Notes: a model not told the origin generated them from the sequence alone. Counted from the stretch's first letter, positions 1 to 10,418 are shown. The stretch: 64,000 bases of DNA from Candidatus Zhuqueibacterota bacterium (GCA_049322915.1 JBMOPW010000026.1:32001-96000), one strand, 5' to 3'. Translations and numbers: made by a program.

Positions 1-1
1 G

Positions 2-1183
2 GAAAAAAACTATCGCTCTGTTTCGACCATTCTGGACGCCTCCCGGCAGGTCATTGCCAGGAATTCGGATCACCAGTCACTGGCGATCTGGTCGCCGCTG
101 GTCAGCAAAATGAGAATTGACACATTCAGCGTGCCCACGGAGAAAGCGGAGGCCGAGACCATTGTTCACCAGGTCGAGCGAATTGTCGGAGGCACCAGTT
201 TCTTTTCCGTCGACTCAGGGCGGACGGTGGAAGGTGATTCCGGAGATCGATTGAGTTTCTCGGATATTGCGGTGCTGTTTCGTCTCGGCGCGCAGGTGAA
301 GCCGATCGAAGAGGCATTTCTTCGATCCGGCATTCCGTTCCAAACGCTGGGCGAGGTGCCGTTCTATGAAATCCCGGAGGTGCGGGAAATCATCTCCTTC
401 CTGAAGATTATTCACAATCCCCATTCCGATCTGGATCTGTACAGCGTCATCAATGTCCCGCCGCGGGGAATTGGCGAACACACCCTCAATACGGTTTTGA
501 TTTATCAGAAGACCAATGAACTGTCGTTATGGACAGCCATGGAGCGCATTTCAAGAATTGCCGTGCTCAGCGAGACGCAGAAAAATCCCATCGAGTCATT
601 CGTCTCCCGTGTGAAAGAGTTGCAGCACGTGCACCACGAGTTTTCCATTCGTGAATTGGTCGATAAAATCGTCGCTCAGTTTGGGTTGAACTCCTACTTC
701 AAAAACGATAAAAAACGACATTATTATTGGGATCAGATCAAAGAGTTGAATGCTGACTTTGGCGGGAACCTGTCCGAATTCCTGGAGCGAGTGATGCTGC
801 AAAAGGAGACTGATGCGCTCGATCCACGGGTGGAAAAAGTGTCGCTGATGACATTGCACGCGGCCAAGGGACTGGAATTTCCGGTCGTCTTCATCGCCGG
901 CTGCGAAGAAGGATTGATACCGTACCAGCGCGGCGACGGCGCGCCGGCCGACGTGGAAGAGGAGCGTCGGCTGTTTTATGTCGGCATGACCCGCGCAAAA
1001 GAGCGGCTGATTCTGTTGGGCAGCAAGAGCCGGTTCCTGTTCGGGGAACGAAAATCCAATTCGCCCTCCCGCTTTTTAGCCGATATTCAAGAGGCGCTCA
1101 AACAGCATCGGAAGGCCGAATTGAAAGACAGGCCGAAGGTGAAAACCGGCCAGCAGGATGCATCGCAATTGACGCTTTTTTAA
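2..1183 (+). CDS. UvrD/PcrA/Rep-family ATP-dependent DNA helicase, C-terminal part (5' end outside window)
   Basis: Frame is open from base 2 (EKNYRS, helicase motif IV). Contains LMTLHAAKGLEF and EEERRLFYVGMTRAK (motifs V/VI) and C-terminal SRFL. Confidence 0.93.
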   Translation, partial: EKNYRSVSTILDASRQVIARNSDHQSLAIWSPLVSKMRIDTFSVPTEKAEAETIVHQVERIVGGTSFFSVDSGRTVEGDSGDRLSFSDIAVLFRLGAQVKPIEEAFLRSGIPFQTLGEVPFYEIPEVREIISFLKIIHNPHSDLDLYSVINVPPRGIGEHTLNTVLIYQKTNELSLWTAMERISRIAVLSETQKNPIESFVSRVKELQHVHHEFSIRELVDKIVAQFGLNSYFKNDKKRHYYWDQIKELNADFGGNLSEFLERVMLQKETDALDPRVEKVSLMTLHAAKGLEFPVVFIAGCEEGLIPYQRGDGAPADVEEERRLFYVGMTRAKERLILLGSKSRFLFGERKSNSPSRFLADIQEALKQHRKAELKDRPKVKTGQQDASQLTLF

Positions 1184-1261
1184 TTGGTGTCTGAATGAAA
1201 ACTATTAATATGAATAACCGGTTAAATGCATGTACAATAAATTCAATACTTTTTTGTACCT

Positions 1262-1289
1262 GTAGAGGACGGTCGCGACCATCCACTAC
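1262..1289. repeat. GTAG-type REP palindrome
   Basis: GTAGAGGACGGTCGCGACCATCCACTAC is an imperfect palindrome with GTAG/CTAC ends, located just downstream of the helicase gene. Confidence 0.65.
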
Positions 1290-1449
1290 GCGTATGTCCA
1301 GTGATAGTGTAGGCGCCAAAATTTAACCGGCCATTCATATTACTATCATAGATTCTTACTACCCGAAAAACGAGAATTTTGTTCACGATTTTCTGGAAAA
1401 TTAGAAATCAACGTGAAGGAAAATTTTTTCAGTTTATTAAAAAAAAATT

Positions 1450-1549
1450 ATCCGTGCAAATGCGCCGAAGGACGCATCTGCCTTTGGCATGATCCGTGCG
1501 GAACGTCCGCCATCTTTTTGGCGGATTATCAGTGTCATCTGCGTTCTAT
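1450..1549. repeat. Intergenic repeat (type D) with ATC(C/A/T)G(C/T)G motifs and inserted hairpins
   Basis: Ends atcagtgtcatctgcgttctat, similar to atccgcgtcatcagcgttctat near 10512-10533. Internal hairpins gccgaagg/cctttggc and tccgcca/tggcgga. Confidence 0.5.
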
Positions 1550-1740
1550 GATTTGTTTGGAAGTTTACTTCGTTAGTGTTTAGTTAAAACCAGATTTCGT
1601 TCGTTCACAAATTATCGAGGCGGATGAAAAATCATCGAATGAAAATGATTTTATGAACTATAACCGGCGCGACGACCCGCCGCCCACCCGGTTATCGCGT
1701 CCCCCTGTTCTGCAATTCACACGGCTGAAGGAGCTTTTCG

Positions 1741-4638
1741 ATGAAAAGAACTACAGTTTGTCTTTTTGTGATCCTCACCATTCTTGCCAGCATCCCTCTG
1801 ATTCGGGCCCAGGAATCCGAAAAAAAACTATATCGAATTTATGCCACAACGCCGGATCAGGTGAAGCGACTGGCGCAGCAGGGATTTGATATTTACAATA
1901 TTGAACCTGGTGTCTCTATCGATGTGCTGGCATTGCCTGACCGCGTTGCCCAATTGGGTGAAGCGCAATTGAAGATTGAAGTTATCGCTGAAAATTTCAA
2001 AGAACTCATCGAACGGGAATACGGCGAACAGCTCAGCCAATTTCATAATTATGCAACGACCTATCAGGAACTAACTGCATTCGCGCATGACGCTGAGTAC
2101 CCGCCCATTGCGCGGCTGGATACCATCGGCCATTCGGTCGCCCGGCGGGTGATTGGCGCGCTCAAAGTATCCGACAATCCTGACCTAACCGAAGACGAGC
2201 CTGTGATCCTGTTCGCCGGCTGTCACCACGGCAATGAGTTGCTCAGCATCGAAGCGCCGCTGACATTCATTCGCTATCTGATGGATCATTATGGCTACGA
2301 TCCTGTGATCACGCGCTGGGTAGATAGCTACGAAATCTGGTTCATCCCGCTCGTCAATCCGGATGGACGCGAGGCATTTCGCCGGCACAATAACAGTGAT
2401 GTGGATTTGAACCGGAATTACTCGTTTCAGTTTATTCCCGGCGGCACCCATGGCCCGGAACCATTTTCCGAGCCGGAGACGCGGGCTGTCCGCGATTTCG
2501 CCGCGCAGCACCCGCCAGTGCTCAGCCTCACTTACCATACGTACGGCGAATTGGTGCTCTATTCGTGGACGCACACCGACGGGATTGCTCCGGATAACGA
2601 CGTGTTGATCCAGGTCGGTGGTACGGTGGCTGATTCTCTGAATTATACGCTGCGCCAGGGCGGACGCTGGTATTTCACCGAGGGGGAATATTGTGATTTC
2701 ATGTACGGTGTTCATGGTTGTCTGGCCTTCACCATTGAAATGTATACCAGCCATCCGGAATCGCCGGTCATGATCGACGAAGTGATGGCGAGAAATTTGC
2801 CCGGTTTTATCGCCATGATGAACCTGGCGGAGAAATCGGGAATCACCGGGCTGGTCACGGATGCGGAGACCGGCGCCCCGATTCAGGCGACCATCGATAT
2901 TCTTGAAATTGATGATCAAGACTTGCTCTATCCGCGAATGAGCAATCTTCAGTTTGGCCGATTCTATCGCTATCTGACGCCGGCTCAATATACTGTTAAA
3001 ATTTCCGCTGCCGGTTACGAGTCAATCGTTTACCGCGATGTGCCGGTGACAATGGACAGCCTGATTGTGCTGGATGCCCAACTGATAAGCACGGCGTATC
3101 TCAGCGTGGCGGCAATGCGCATTGATGATGATTCGCTCGGCGTCAGCGCCGGCAATGGCGATGGCAATTTGAATAACGCCGAGACAATTCGGCTGAGTCT
3201 GACGGTTGCAAACCAGCAGCCCATCCCGGCAAGCCAGGTGTATGCGTCGTTGTCCACTGAAAATTCCAATGTGGAATTCCTGTGCGACAGCCTGTTCATC
3301 GGCGAGGTGGGGCCCAATTCCTCTGTGAGCCTGGACTCGTTCCTGTTTCGTATTCTGCCCTCAGCCGCGGACAGCGAAAAAGTGGAATTGATCCTGCGCC
3401 TTCGGGAAACTTCGGGAATGGAGTGGAGCCATCAATTCCTGTTCGAAGTATTCGCCCCGACTATGTCGTTGGAGGATGTGACGGTGAATGATTTGGCTGG
3501 AAATCAGAATGGCGTTTTGAATAACGGTGAGACCGTGCAGCTAATATTCGCGATCAATAATAATGGCCGGCAGTCGCTGACCGATCTGGTGGGTGTGCTG
3601 AGCGCGAACGACGCCTACCTGGAGATCCTTCAGGACACTGTGCGCCTTTCGAGGATCGCCATGGGGCAGACGGTCTGTTTTTCCTTTGACGTCCATTTAA
3701 AGGAAACAACGCCTCAGTTTTATACTGTCGATACGAAGCTGGCGATCTCGGCGCCGCAGAAATCGGGTTTCCAGAAACACGTTCCGATCAACAATGTGGA
3801 CGGGCTGTTCGACAATTTCGAGTTTACGGTGGATGGATGGGTGCATAAATCGTGGATGCTGTCTGCCAACTACCACGACGACTGGCAGCGCGGCCGGCCG
3901 CAGGGCAAGGGCGGCGATCCCCGGTTGCCCTATTCCGGCATGAGCTGCTGGGGGACGGACATGGGATATGATGATTATGAAGGGCTGTCATGGGATGGCT
4001 GTTATCAGGCGTCCGTCAACAATTATCTGCTGTCCCCGGTCATCGATTGCAGAGGGCTTTCGGACGTGGGGCTGCGATTCATGCGCTGGCTCAATGTCGC
4101 GGCCGGGGACGAAGCGCGCGTCAGGGTCAATTACCAGATTGTCTGGGAGAGTCCGGCCAATGGGCTTCGCGATGCGCAGTGGCAGGAGCAACTCATCGAT
4201 ATTTCAGCCTATGCGGATAACCGCGCCTCGGTCAGAATCATGTTCGAGCTACAGTCAAACAGCGATAATGTTATCGTCGGCGGCTGGAACATCGACGATT
4301 TTCTGGTGACCGGAGATCTGGTTTCCGGCGTGGCGGAGAAGCCGGAGACGGACATCAGCGCTGACTACCGGCTCTATGAAAATTATCCCAATCCATTCAA
4401 TCCTCTCACGCACATTTCGTTTCAACTGCCGGCGCGCGGATTTGTCGACCTGAAAATTTATGACATCCTGGGTCGGGAGATCAGATCGCTGGTGCAGGAC
4501 GTTCAGGAGGCCGGCGTGCACCAGGTCGCCTGGGATGGCAACGATGAATCAGGAAATGCAGTGGCTTCGGGAGTGTATTTTTGCCGGATGAAGAGTTCCG
4601 ATTTCGGGGCCACCCGGAAGCTCCTTCTATTGAAATGA
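1741..4638 (+). CDS. Secreted M14 zinc carboxypeptidase with Ig-like repeats and FlgD/T9SS-like C-terminal domain
   Basis: Signal peptide; HHGNE zinc motif, NPDG, DLNRNY, SEPET, TYHTY and FTIEM; C-terminal NYPNPFNP...WDG...SGVYF...KLLLLK. Confidence 0.9.
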   Translation: MKRTTVCLFVILTILASIPLIRAQESEKKLYRIYATTPDQVKRLAQQGFDIYNIEPGVSIDVLALPDRVAQLGEAQLKIEVIAENFKELIEREYGEQLSQFHNYATTYQELTAFAHDAEYPPIARLDTIGHSVARRVIGALKVSDNPDLTEDEPVILFAGCHHGNELLSIEAPLTFIRYLMDHYGYDPVITRWVDSYEIWFIPLVNPDGREAFRRHNNSDVDLNRNYSFQFIPGGTHGPEPFSEPETRAVRDFAAQHPPVLSLTYHTYGELVLYSWTHTDGIAPDNDVLIQVGGTVADSLNYTLRQGGRWYFTEGEYCDFMYGVHGCLAFTIEMYTSHPESPVMIDEVMARNLPGFIAMMNLAEKSGITGLVTDAETGAPIQATIDILEIDDQDLLYPRMSNLQFGRFYRYLTPAQYTVKISAAGYESIVYRDVPVTMDSLIVLDAQLISTAYLSVAAMRIDDDSLGVSAGNGDGNLNNAETIRLSLTVANQQPIPASQVYASLSTENSNVEFLCDSLFIGEVGPNSSVSLDSFLFRILPSAADSEKVELILRLRETSGMEWSHQFLFEVFAPTMSLEDVTVNDLAGNQNGVLNNGETVQLIFAINNNGRQSLTDLVGVLSANDAYLEILQDTVRLSRIAMGQTVCFSFDVHLKETTPQFYTVDTKLAISAPQKSGFQKHVPINNVDGLFDNFEFTVDGWVHKSWMLSANYHDDWQRGRPQGKGGDPRLPYSGMSCWGTDMGYDDYEGLSWDGCYQASVNNYLLSPVIDCRGLSDVGLRFMRWLNVAAGDEARVRVNYQIVWESPANGLRDAQWQEQLIDISAYADNRASVRIMFELQSNSDNVIVGGWNIDDFLVTGDLVSGVAEKPETDISADYRLYENYPNPFNPLTHISFQLPARGFVDLKIYDILGREIRSLVQDVQEAGVHQVAWDGNDESGNAVASGVYFCRMKSSDFGATRKLLLLK

Positions 4639-4668
4639 AGGAACAGCAGGGCAGAGGCGATCACTCGG

Positions 4669-6306
4669 TCACCGGCCGGCGAAGATGGCTTCGATGCCGG
4701 TCCGAACAATCTCATAGTCCAGCGACTGAATGGTGCAGGCGCCAATGGCTTCCAGCAACACGAATTGCAGGCCGGCGTCGGTCATTTTTTTATCGACTTT
4801 GATGGCGTCGAGGATTGCATCGACTGTGACGCGGCGCGGCATGCTCGGTTTTTCCAATCGCTGGAGCAGCGCCCGAATTCTGTCAGCGTCCGAAGATGGT
4901 AGCTGGCAGGCCTCCTGCGACATGGTTGTGGCCGCTAACATTCCCCAGATGACCGCTTCTCCGTGGCGAAAATAGGCGTAGTCGGTCAGCTTTTCCAGCG
5001 CATGGCCGATGGTGTGGCCGAAATTCAGGACGCGCCGCATGCCGGATTCCCTTTCGTCCTTCTCCACAACATCGGCTTTCAACTGGCAGCAGGTGTGAAT
5101 GACATGCATCAGCGAATCGGCATTGTCGAGAGAAATAATGTCGTCGAGATGCGCTTCGAGATAGTTGAAAAAGCCGCTGTCGAGAATCAGGCCGTATTTG
5201 ATCACCTCAGCCAGACCGTTGTAAATTTCCCGTTCCGGGAGCGTGCGCGTGGTCGTCGGGTCGATCCAGACCAGGTGCGGCTGGTAAAAAGCGCCGATGC
5301 TGTTTTTAGCCAGCGGGTGATTGATGCCCACCTTCCCGCCGACGCTGCTATCCACCTGGGCTAACAGCGATGTGGGAATCTGGACGAATCGCACGCCCCG
5401 TAAAAAGGTCGCCGCAATGAACCCGGCCAAATCGCCGACAACGCCGCCGCCCAGCGCAACCATGACGATCTCGCGGTGAAATCGATGGGCCAGCAGCCAT
5501 GTGAAAATTGACTCAGCCGTGGACATAGATTTTGATTCCTCGCCCGGCGTGATTTTGTAGATGTAACAAGCGCTGCCGACCGCTTCCAGCGACTGGCGGA
5601 CAATCCCTGAATAATGGCGGTCGACATTTTCATCAGTCACCACGACATAGATTTTCGCCGGGGTATATTGATGAATTTCCTTGCCGCATTCGGACAGGCT
5701 GTCCGATGCAACGATGAGCGGATAGGTCCGCTCGCCCAGATTGACGTGAAGGCTGTTCATGGACGTCTGTTTTTCATTCCTGTCGGTAATGGGGAGTTGT
5801 TCTAAAATCATTGCAAGAGTCTGTTCCGGGGATGTCCCCTCGTCCCCGGTGATGGTGACATCTGCCAGTTGGTACAGCGGAATCCTCTCGCTCACCATGC
5901 GTTGGACATGGTCGAATGTAATTTCGGCCGATGTTGTTTTCAGCAGCGGCCGGTCCTGACTTGCGTGAATTCTTCGAAACAGCACCTCCGCCGGCCAGCT
6001 CAGATATACGGTGACGCCGCTCCGCTTCATCGTCTCCCTGTTTTTCGGGGCTAATACAATCCCTCCGCCGGTGGCGATCACTTTCCTGCCGAAATGGCTG
6101 ATGTTCCGGAGAGCCGTCGATTCCCGCTGCCGAAAATAGGTCTCGCCGTGCTTTTCAAAAATCTCAGGGATGCCAAGCCCGGCTTCCTGCTCTATCCGTT
6201 CATCCAGATCGATGAATTCCCGATTCAATGCTTTGGCCAATAGCTTTCCGACGGTTGTTTTTCCGGCGCCCATAAAACCGATAAGATAGATATGCACGTT
6301 GCGCAT
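4669..6306 (-). CDS. aroKB: Bifunctional shikimate kinase / 3-dehydroquinate synthase
   Basis: N-terminal GFMGAGKT P-loop, ATGGG and RPLL (AroK); C-terminal LGGGVVGD, QVDSSVGGK, LNFGHTIGH and HGEAV (AroB). Confidence 0.95.
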   Translation of the reverse strand: MRNVHIYLIGFMGAGKTTVGKLLAKALNREFIDLDERIEQEAGLGIPEIFEKHGETYFRQRESTALRNISHFGRKVIATGGGIVLAPKNRETMKRSGVTVYLSWPAEVLFRRIHASQDRPLLKTTSAEITFDHVQRMVSERIPLYQLADVTITGDEGTSPEQTLAMILEQLPITDRNEKQTSMNSLHVNLGERTYPLIVASDSLSECGKEIHQYTPAKIYVVVTDENVDRHYSGIVRQSLEAVGSACYIYKITPGEESKSMSTAESIFTWLLAHRFHREIVMVALGGGVVGDLAGFIAATFLRGVRFVQIPTSLLAQVDSSVGGKVGINHPLAKNSIGAFYQPHLVWIDPTTTRTLPEREIYNGLAEVIKYGLILDSGFFNYLEAHLDDIISLDNADSLMHVIHTCCQLKADVVEKDERESGMRRVLNFGHTIGHALEKLTDYAYFRHGEAVIWGMLAATTMSQEACQLPSSDADRIRALLQRLEKPSMPRRVTVDAILDAIKVDKKMTDAGLQFVLLEAIGACTIQSLDYEIVRTGIEAIFAGR

Positions 6307-6338
6307 CGCCCTCTGCGTTCAGATTTCAAAGAAAAATT

Positions 6339-6550
6339 AAATCTGCTCAGGTTCCAGGTTTAAAGGTTCCCGGTTCAGGGTTAATAAAAATATTCATTTA
6401 TAAATATAAAAACGAAAGGATTCTAACCTTGAACCCGGAACTCTGAACCAGCCAACCCAAGTCGTTACGAAAAATTGAAGCATAATTCCCATGGGAAACA
6501 CGAATTAATCCACCAGTCCCAGTCGCCAATCCCCCAGACTGAATCGTTGC
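6339..6550. mobile_element. GTAAC-end family repeats (type C, 7-bp periodic) with two right ends; overlaps the aroC 3' end
   Basis: ctcaggttccaggtttaaaggttcccggttc is the reverse complement of segments at about 10371-10403 and 50831-50861. Right ends ccaagtcgttac (6457-6468) and ctgaatcgttgc (6539-6550). Confidence 0.6.
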
Positions 6551-7749
6551 AGCAAATCCAGTTGCCGCTCGTACAGCACGTTTTCCATATTCTCTTTCAT
6601 TTCAGCAATGGAATCGCCGCCAAATTTTTTGCACACCTGATCCGCCAGTACCAGCGCGACCATGGCTTCGGCGATGATTGAAGCGGAAGGGACTGCGCAA
6701 ATATCGCTTCGTTTTTTATGCCGCTGTCCCGGCGTCTTTTCCTGGATGTTCACCGATTTCAACGGCCGGATCAGTGTGGGAATGGGTTTCATGGTGGCGG
6801 TGATGATGATCGGCTCGCCATTACTGACGCCGCCTTCAATGCCGCCGGCGTGATTGGTTGGGCGCTTGTATTTCTGCATCTGCTGCTCCCAGAAAATTTC
6901 GTCATGAACCTCGGACCCGTACTTGCCGGAAAGCGCAGGGCCGTCGCCTATCTCCACCGTTTTGATGGCGGGGATGCTCATCACTGCCTGAGCCAGTAAG
7001 CCATCCAACCGTTGATCCCACTGGGAGTAACTGCCCAATCCGACCGGAATATGCAGCGCCATCACCGAAATTCGTCCACCGACGCTGTCGCCTTTGGTTT
7101 TCGCCTCATCGATGGCGGATTTCATCGCCTGGCTGGTGGCCTCATCGCTGCAATGCACCTCGGACTTCTCGATTGTCTTTCGGACTTTCTCGATTTGATC
7201 GTCGGTCGCGTCCTGTAGCTGCGTGTAAACCGGTTGCGCAAGCTGGACCTTTCCGATCTGAATGACTTCGCTGAAAATGAAGATATTGAAGAATTCGAGC
7301 AACTGTCTGGCAATGGCGCCTAACGCCACCCGCGCCGCACTCTCCCTGGCGCTGGCGCGTTCGATGACATTTCGGATGTCTGTGTGAAGATACTTCAGGC
7401 TGCCGGCCAGATCCGCGTGACCCGGTCGCGGCACCATCACTTTTTCCAGTCCCTGAGGCGGCGCGCCCCACACGGCCATTTCTTTGGACCAGTTCACCCA
7501 ATCCTTGTTTTCAATGAAAACAGAAATCGGGCTGCCGATGGTCTGGCCGAACCGTATGCCTGAAAAAATTTCTGCCCGGTCTTTTTCAATATTCATCCGC
7601 GTGCCGCGGCCATATCCCTTCTGTCGCCGCGCCAACTCCTGTTGAATCAGTTCTTCTGAAACGGACAGCCCTGAAGGAATTCCATCAATGATGCCAATCA
7701 AGCCTTTTCCGTGCGATTCGCCGGCTGTTCTCCAGGTTATTCCTGACAT
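6505..7749 (-). CDS. aroC: Chorismate synthase
   Basis: TAGESHG, PRPGHAD, ERASARE, NHAGGIEGG and MKPIPTL motifs. Confidence 0.96.
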   Translation of the reverse strand: MSGITWRTAGESHGKGLIGIIDGIPSGLSVSEELIQQELARRQKGYGRGTRMNIEKDRAEIFSGIRFGQTIGSPISVFIENKDWVNWSKEMAVWGAPPQGLEKVMVPRPGHADLAGSLKYLHTDIRNVIERASARESAARVALGAIARQLLEFFNIFIFSEVIQIGKVQLAQPVYTQLQDATDDQIEKVRKTIEKSEVHCSDEATSQAMKSAIDEAKTKGDSVGGRISVMALHIPVGLGSYSQWDQRLDGLLAQAVMSIPAIKTVEIGDGPALSGKYGSEVHDEIFWEQQMQKYKRPTNHAGGIEGGVSNGEPIIITATMKPIPTLIRPLKSVNIQEKTPGQRHKKRSDICAVPSASIIAEAMVALVLADQVCKKFGGDSIAEMKENMENVLYERQLDLLQRFSLGDWRLGLVD

Positions 7750-8612
7750 ATTTCCCTCCTTAATGACATTTCAATATCGTTGTACAATGATTCGGTCAAA
7801 ACCACCTGCTGGTTCGTCCAGAATTTGAACGACTCGAAGCCCTGGAAGATGAGCATGCCCAATCCATTGGTATGCTGAATGTTCCTGCGCTTTGCCTGTT
7901 GCAGCAAGGGCGTCTCACAGGGTCTGTAGATCAAATCATAAATGAACATATCGTTCGACAGCGCCTCGTCGTCCGAAAGGATGGCAGACGCCGGCTGATG
8001 CGCCATGCCCACTGTGGTGGAGTTTATCACTACCTGCGATATTTTCAGGGTTTCTCCAATGGCCTCCGGCTCGAACGGTACAATGTCGATCGGGATGCCG
8101 CTCGCGTGCACCGACATGGCCGACGCCAACGCTTCAGCTTTTTCGCCTGTTCGATTGGCGATGGAAATGGCGCGGCATTTCTCTCTGATTAATGCGAACA
8201 GCACCGCACGGGCGGCGCCGCCGGCGCCGAACAGCAAGACATTTTTCCCGGCCAGTGAAATACCCCAATGCCGCAAACTCGCCTGAAATCCGATCGCATC
8301 GGTATTGTGTCCGATGACAGCGTCGTCGCCGAACGCGATGGTATTGACGCTGCCGATCAATTCGGCTTCAGCGGTCAATGTGTCCATGAACGGGAGGACG
8401 TCGTTTTTCAGCGGGGCGGTGACATTCACCCCGGTAATGCCGCTTTTTCGAAATGAAGCTAACGCCCCGGCGAGCTCATCCGGTTTCACCTGCTGCGCCC
8501 GATATTCACCGTCAATGCCGAATCGCCGGAAAAACATCGCGTGCAAATGCGGTGACAACGAGTGGCTGATGGGATTGCCGATGACAAGGCAGGTGTAACG
8601 CGACCTATTCAT
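7737..8612 (-). CDS. aroE: Shikimate dehydrogenase
   Basis: GNPISHSLSP, NVTAPLK, GSVNT, HNTD, GAGGAARA, DLIY and GLGMLIFQG. The likely ATG at 8612 overlaps the aroA stop. Confidence 0.95.
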   Translation of the reverse strand: MNRSRYTCLVIGNPISHSLSPHLHAMFFRRFGIDGEYRAQQVKPDELAGALASFRKSGITGVNVTAPLKNDVLPFMDTLTAEAELIGSVNTIAFGDDAVIGHNTDAIGFQASLRHWGISLAGKNVLLFGAGGAARAVLFALIREKCRAISIANRTGEKAEALASAMSVHASGIPIDIVPFEPEAIGETLKISQVVINSTTVGMAHQPASAILSDDEALSNDMFIYDLIYRPCETPLLQQAKRRNIQHTNGLGMLIFQGFESFKFWTNQQVVLTESLYNDIEMSLRREICQE

Positions 8613-9888
8613 CCACAACCTCTTCCAGCGTCGTGTAAAAATTGGGCATGGAAATACCAACGCAGTCCGGGTTGAGAATCGTCGTCTGGCCCCGGGCTAT
8701 CAGCCCGGCCACCGAAAAAGCCATGGCAATGCGGTGATCGTGAAAACTGTCCACCTCCGCGCCTTTGAATTGCTGCGGTCCTTCGATGATGAAACCGTCG
8801 TCTTTTTCCTCGATGAGAATTCCCATCTTCAGTAAATTTTGAGTGATCGCCTTCAATCGATCCGATTCTTTCACGCGAAGCTCTCCAGCGCCGGATAACG
8901 TGGTCATGCCTTCTGCGCGGGCGGCAATCACCGCGAGGATGGGAATCTCGTCGATCAGCGATGGCACCAGATTCGCCTCAATAGTCGTTCCGACAAGCCG
9001 GGATGAAAAAATTTCAATATCGCCCATGGGTTCGGACGATGGAAATGAAGACGGATGGATGATGATTCTGGCGCCCATCCGACCCAACACGTCCAGTAAT
9101 CCTGTGCGCGTCGGATTGAGACCGATGTTTTTCAGTAGCAACGATGCATTGGAAACGAGCAATGCCGCGCCAATGAAGAAAGCGGCAGAGGAAAAATCGC
9201 CCGGCACCAGAATATCGCAGCCGTGCAGCGTGGCCGGCCCGTGGATTGAAATGCCCGAAGCATCGGAATCGACCGTCACCCCGAAATCGTGAAGCAGACG
9301 TTCGGTGTGATCCCGCGACAGCGTGGGTTCGCTGACGGTCGTTGTGCCTTCTGTGAAAAGACCAGCCAATAAAATGCACGATTTCACCTGGGCGCTGGCG
9401 ACCGGGCTGGTAAAGGCAATGGGATTCAGCCGCTGGCCGTGAATGGTCAGCGGGGCAAATCCACCCGGCTGGCTGACGATCTGCGCGCCCATTTGAGTCA
9501 GAGGCTGAATGATGCGGTTCATCGGGCGCTTGCTGAGCGAGGCATCGCCGATGAGCGTGGATGTGAATGGCTGGGCAGCCAGAATGCCGGAAATCAGCCG
9601 GATCGTCGTGCCGGAATTCCCGCAGTCGAGCTCGCGTGGCGATGCGGACAGTCCTGTCAATCCCTTTCCCGCCACGGTGATGACGCTGTTCTCCTCGGTG
9701 ATATCGATCCCGAGCTGTTGCAGGCAACTTCGGGTGCTGGCAACATCCGCCGAAGAGGACAGATTGGAGATGGTGGTGTTCCCCCGGGCAATGGCGCCGA
9801 ACATGATCGCGCGATGCGAGATGGATTTGTCGCCCGGCACAGAGATGTCGCCATGAATGGATTTCGCTGGCTGGATAATTTTATTCAC
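8605..9888 (-). CDS. aroA: 3-phosphoshikimate 1-carboxyvinyltransferase (EPSP synthase)
   Basis: PGDKSISHR, GNSGTT, SAQVKS, RDHTE, ELRVKESDR and DHRIAM. Probable GTG start at 9888 after a GGAGA RBS (ORF track starts at 9906). Confidence 0.96.
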   Translation of the reverse strand: MNKIIQPAKSIHGDISVPGDKSISHRAIMFGAIARGNTTISNLSSSADVASTRSCLQQLGIDITEENSVITVAGKGLTGLSASPRELDCGNSGTTIRLISGILAAQPFTSTLIGDASLSKRPMNRIIQPLTQMGAQIVSQPGGFAPLTIHGQRLNPIAFTSPVASAQVKSCILLAGLFTEGTTTVSEPTLSRDHTERLLHDFGVTVDSDASGISIHGPATLHGCDILVPGDFSSAAFFIGAALLVSNASLLLKNIGLNPTRTGLLDVLGRMGARIIIHPSSFPSSEPMGDIEIFSSRLVGTTIEANLVPSLIDEIPILAVIAARAEGMTTLSGAGELRVKESDRLKAITQNLLKMGILIEEKDDGFIIEGPQQFKGAEVDSFHDHRIAMAFSVAGLIARGQTTILNPDCVGISMPNFYTTLEEVVDE

Positions 9889-10002
9889 ATGGATCTCCCG
9901 ATGCATTTGAACATTTTGAGTGAATCAAAACCGGCGTTGCGGTATTAGTATCTAACAAATAATTTTCTGACCTTTTTGGGCAGAAAATTTTATACTTTTT
10001 TT

Positions 10003-10410
10003 GTAACTGCGCAGCCACCAAGTCTCAAAGGCGCGAAGAAAAAAATACATCTAACCTGAATCATTCATGAACTTGCTCAGAATTTGAGTCAACATTCAGA
10101 TTTTCAATTAGCTAAAGGCTAAGCTATTTTGAAACTCAGTTTTTATACGTTTATTCTAAAAAGAGCACCATTCAGGTTAGCCAGCCTCCTTTAAAAATAC
10201 TATGAATAATGCAGGCTGAATTATCGATTCAGAAATACTGAACGTGGTATTAAAAAAATTGAATCTCACAAAATATGAATTAATAAAATGACATCTTCGT
10301 GCAACGTTGTGGCTTCGTGATTTCGCGGCGAGACGACATGCCTGAATAGCGACGAAAATTCTATTTAGCCCTGAACCGGGAACTTTTAAACCTGGAACCT
10401 GAGTAGTTAC
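10003..10410. mobile_element. GTAAC-end family element A (10003-10353) followed by a type C half element (10354-10410)
   Basis: Left end gtaactgcgcagcc; right ends ctgaatagcgac and ctgagtagttac. Sub-terminal sequences are shared with copies at 31754, 50363 and 58427. Confidence 0.7.
10055..10215. mobile_element. 161-bp MITE (type B), copy 1, nested in element A
   Basis: Near-identical reverse complement of 41217-41377. TIRs cctgaatcattcat / atgaataatgcagg; flanked by CTAA / CTGA. Confidence 0.8.
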
Positions 10411-10418
10411 CTTTTTTT

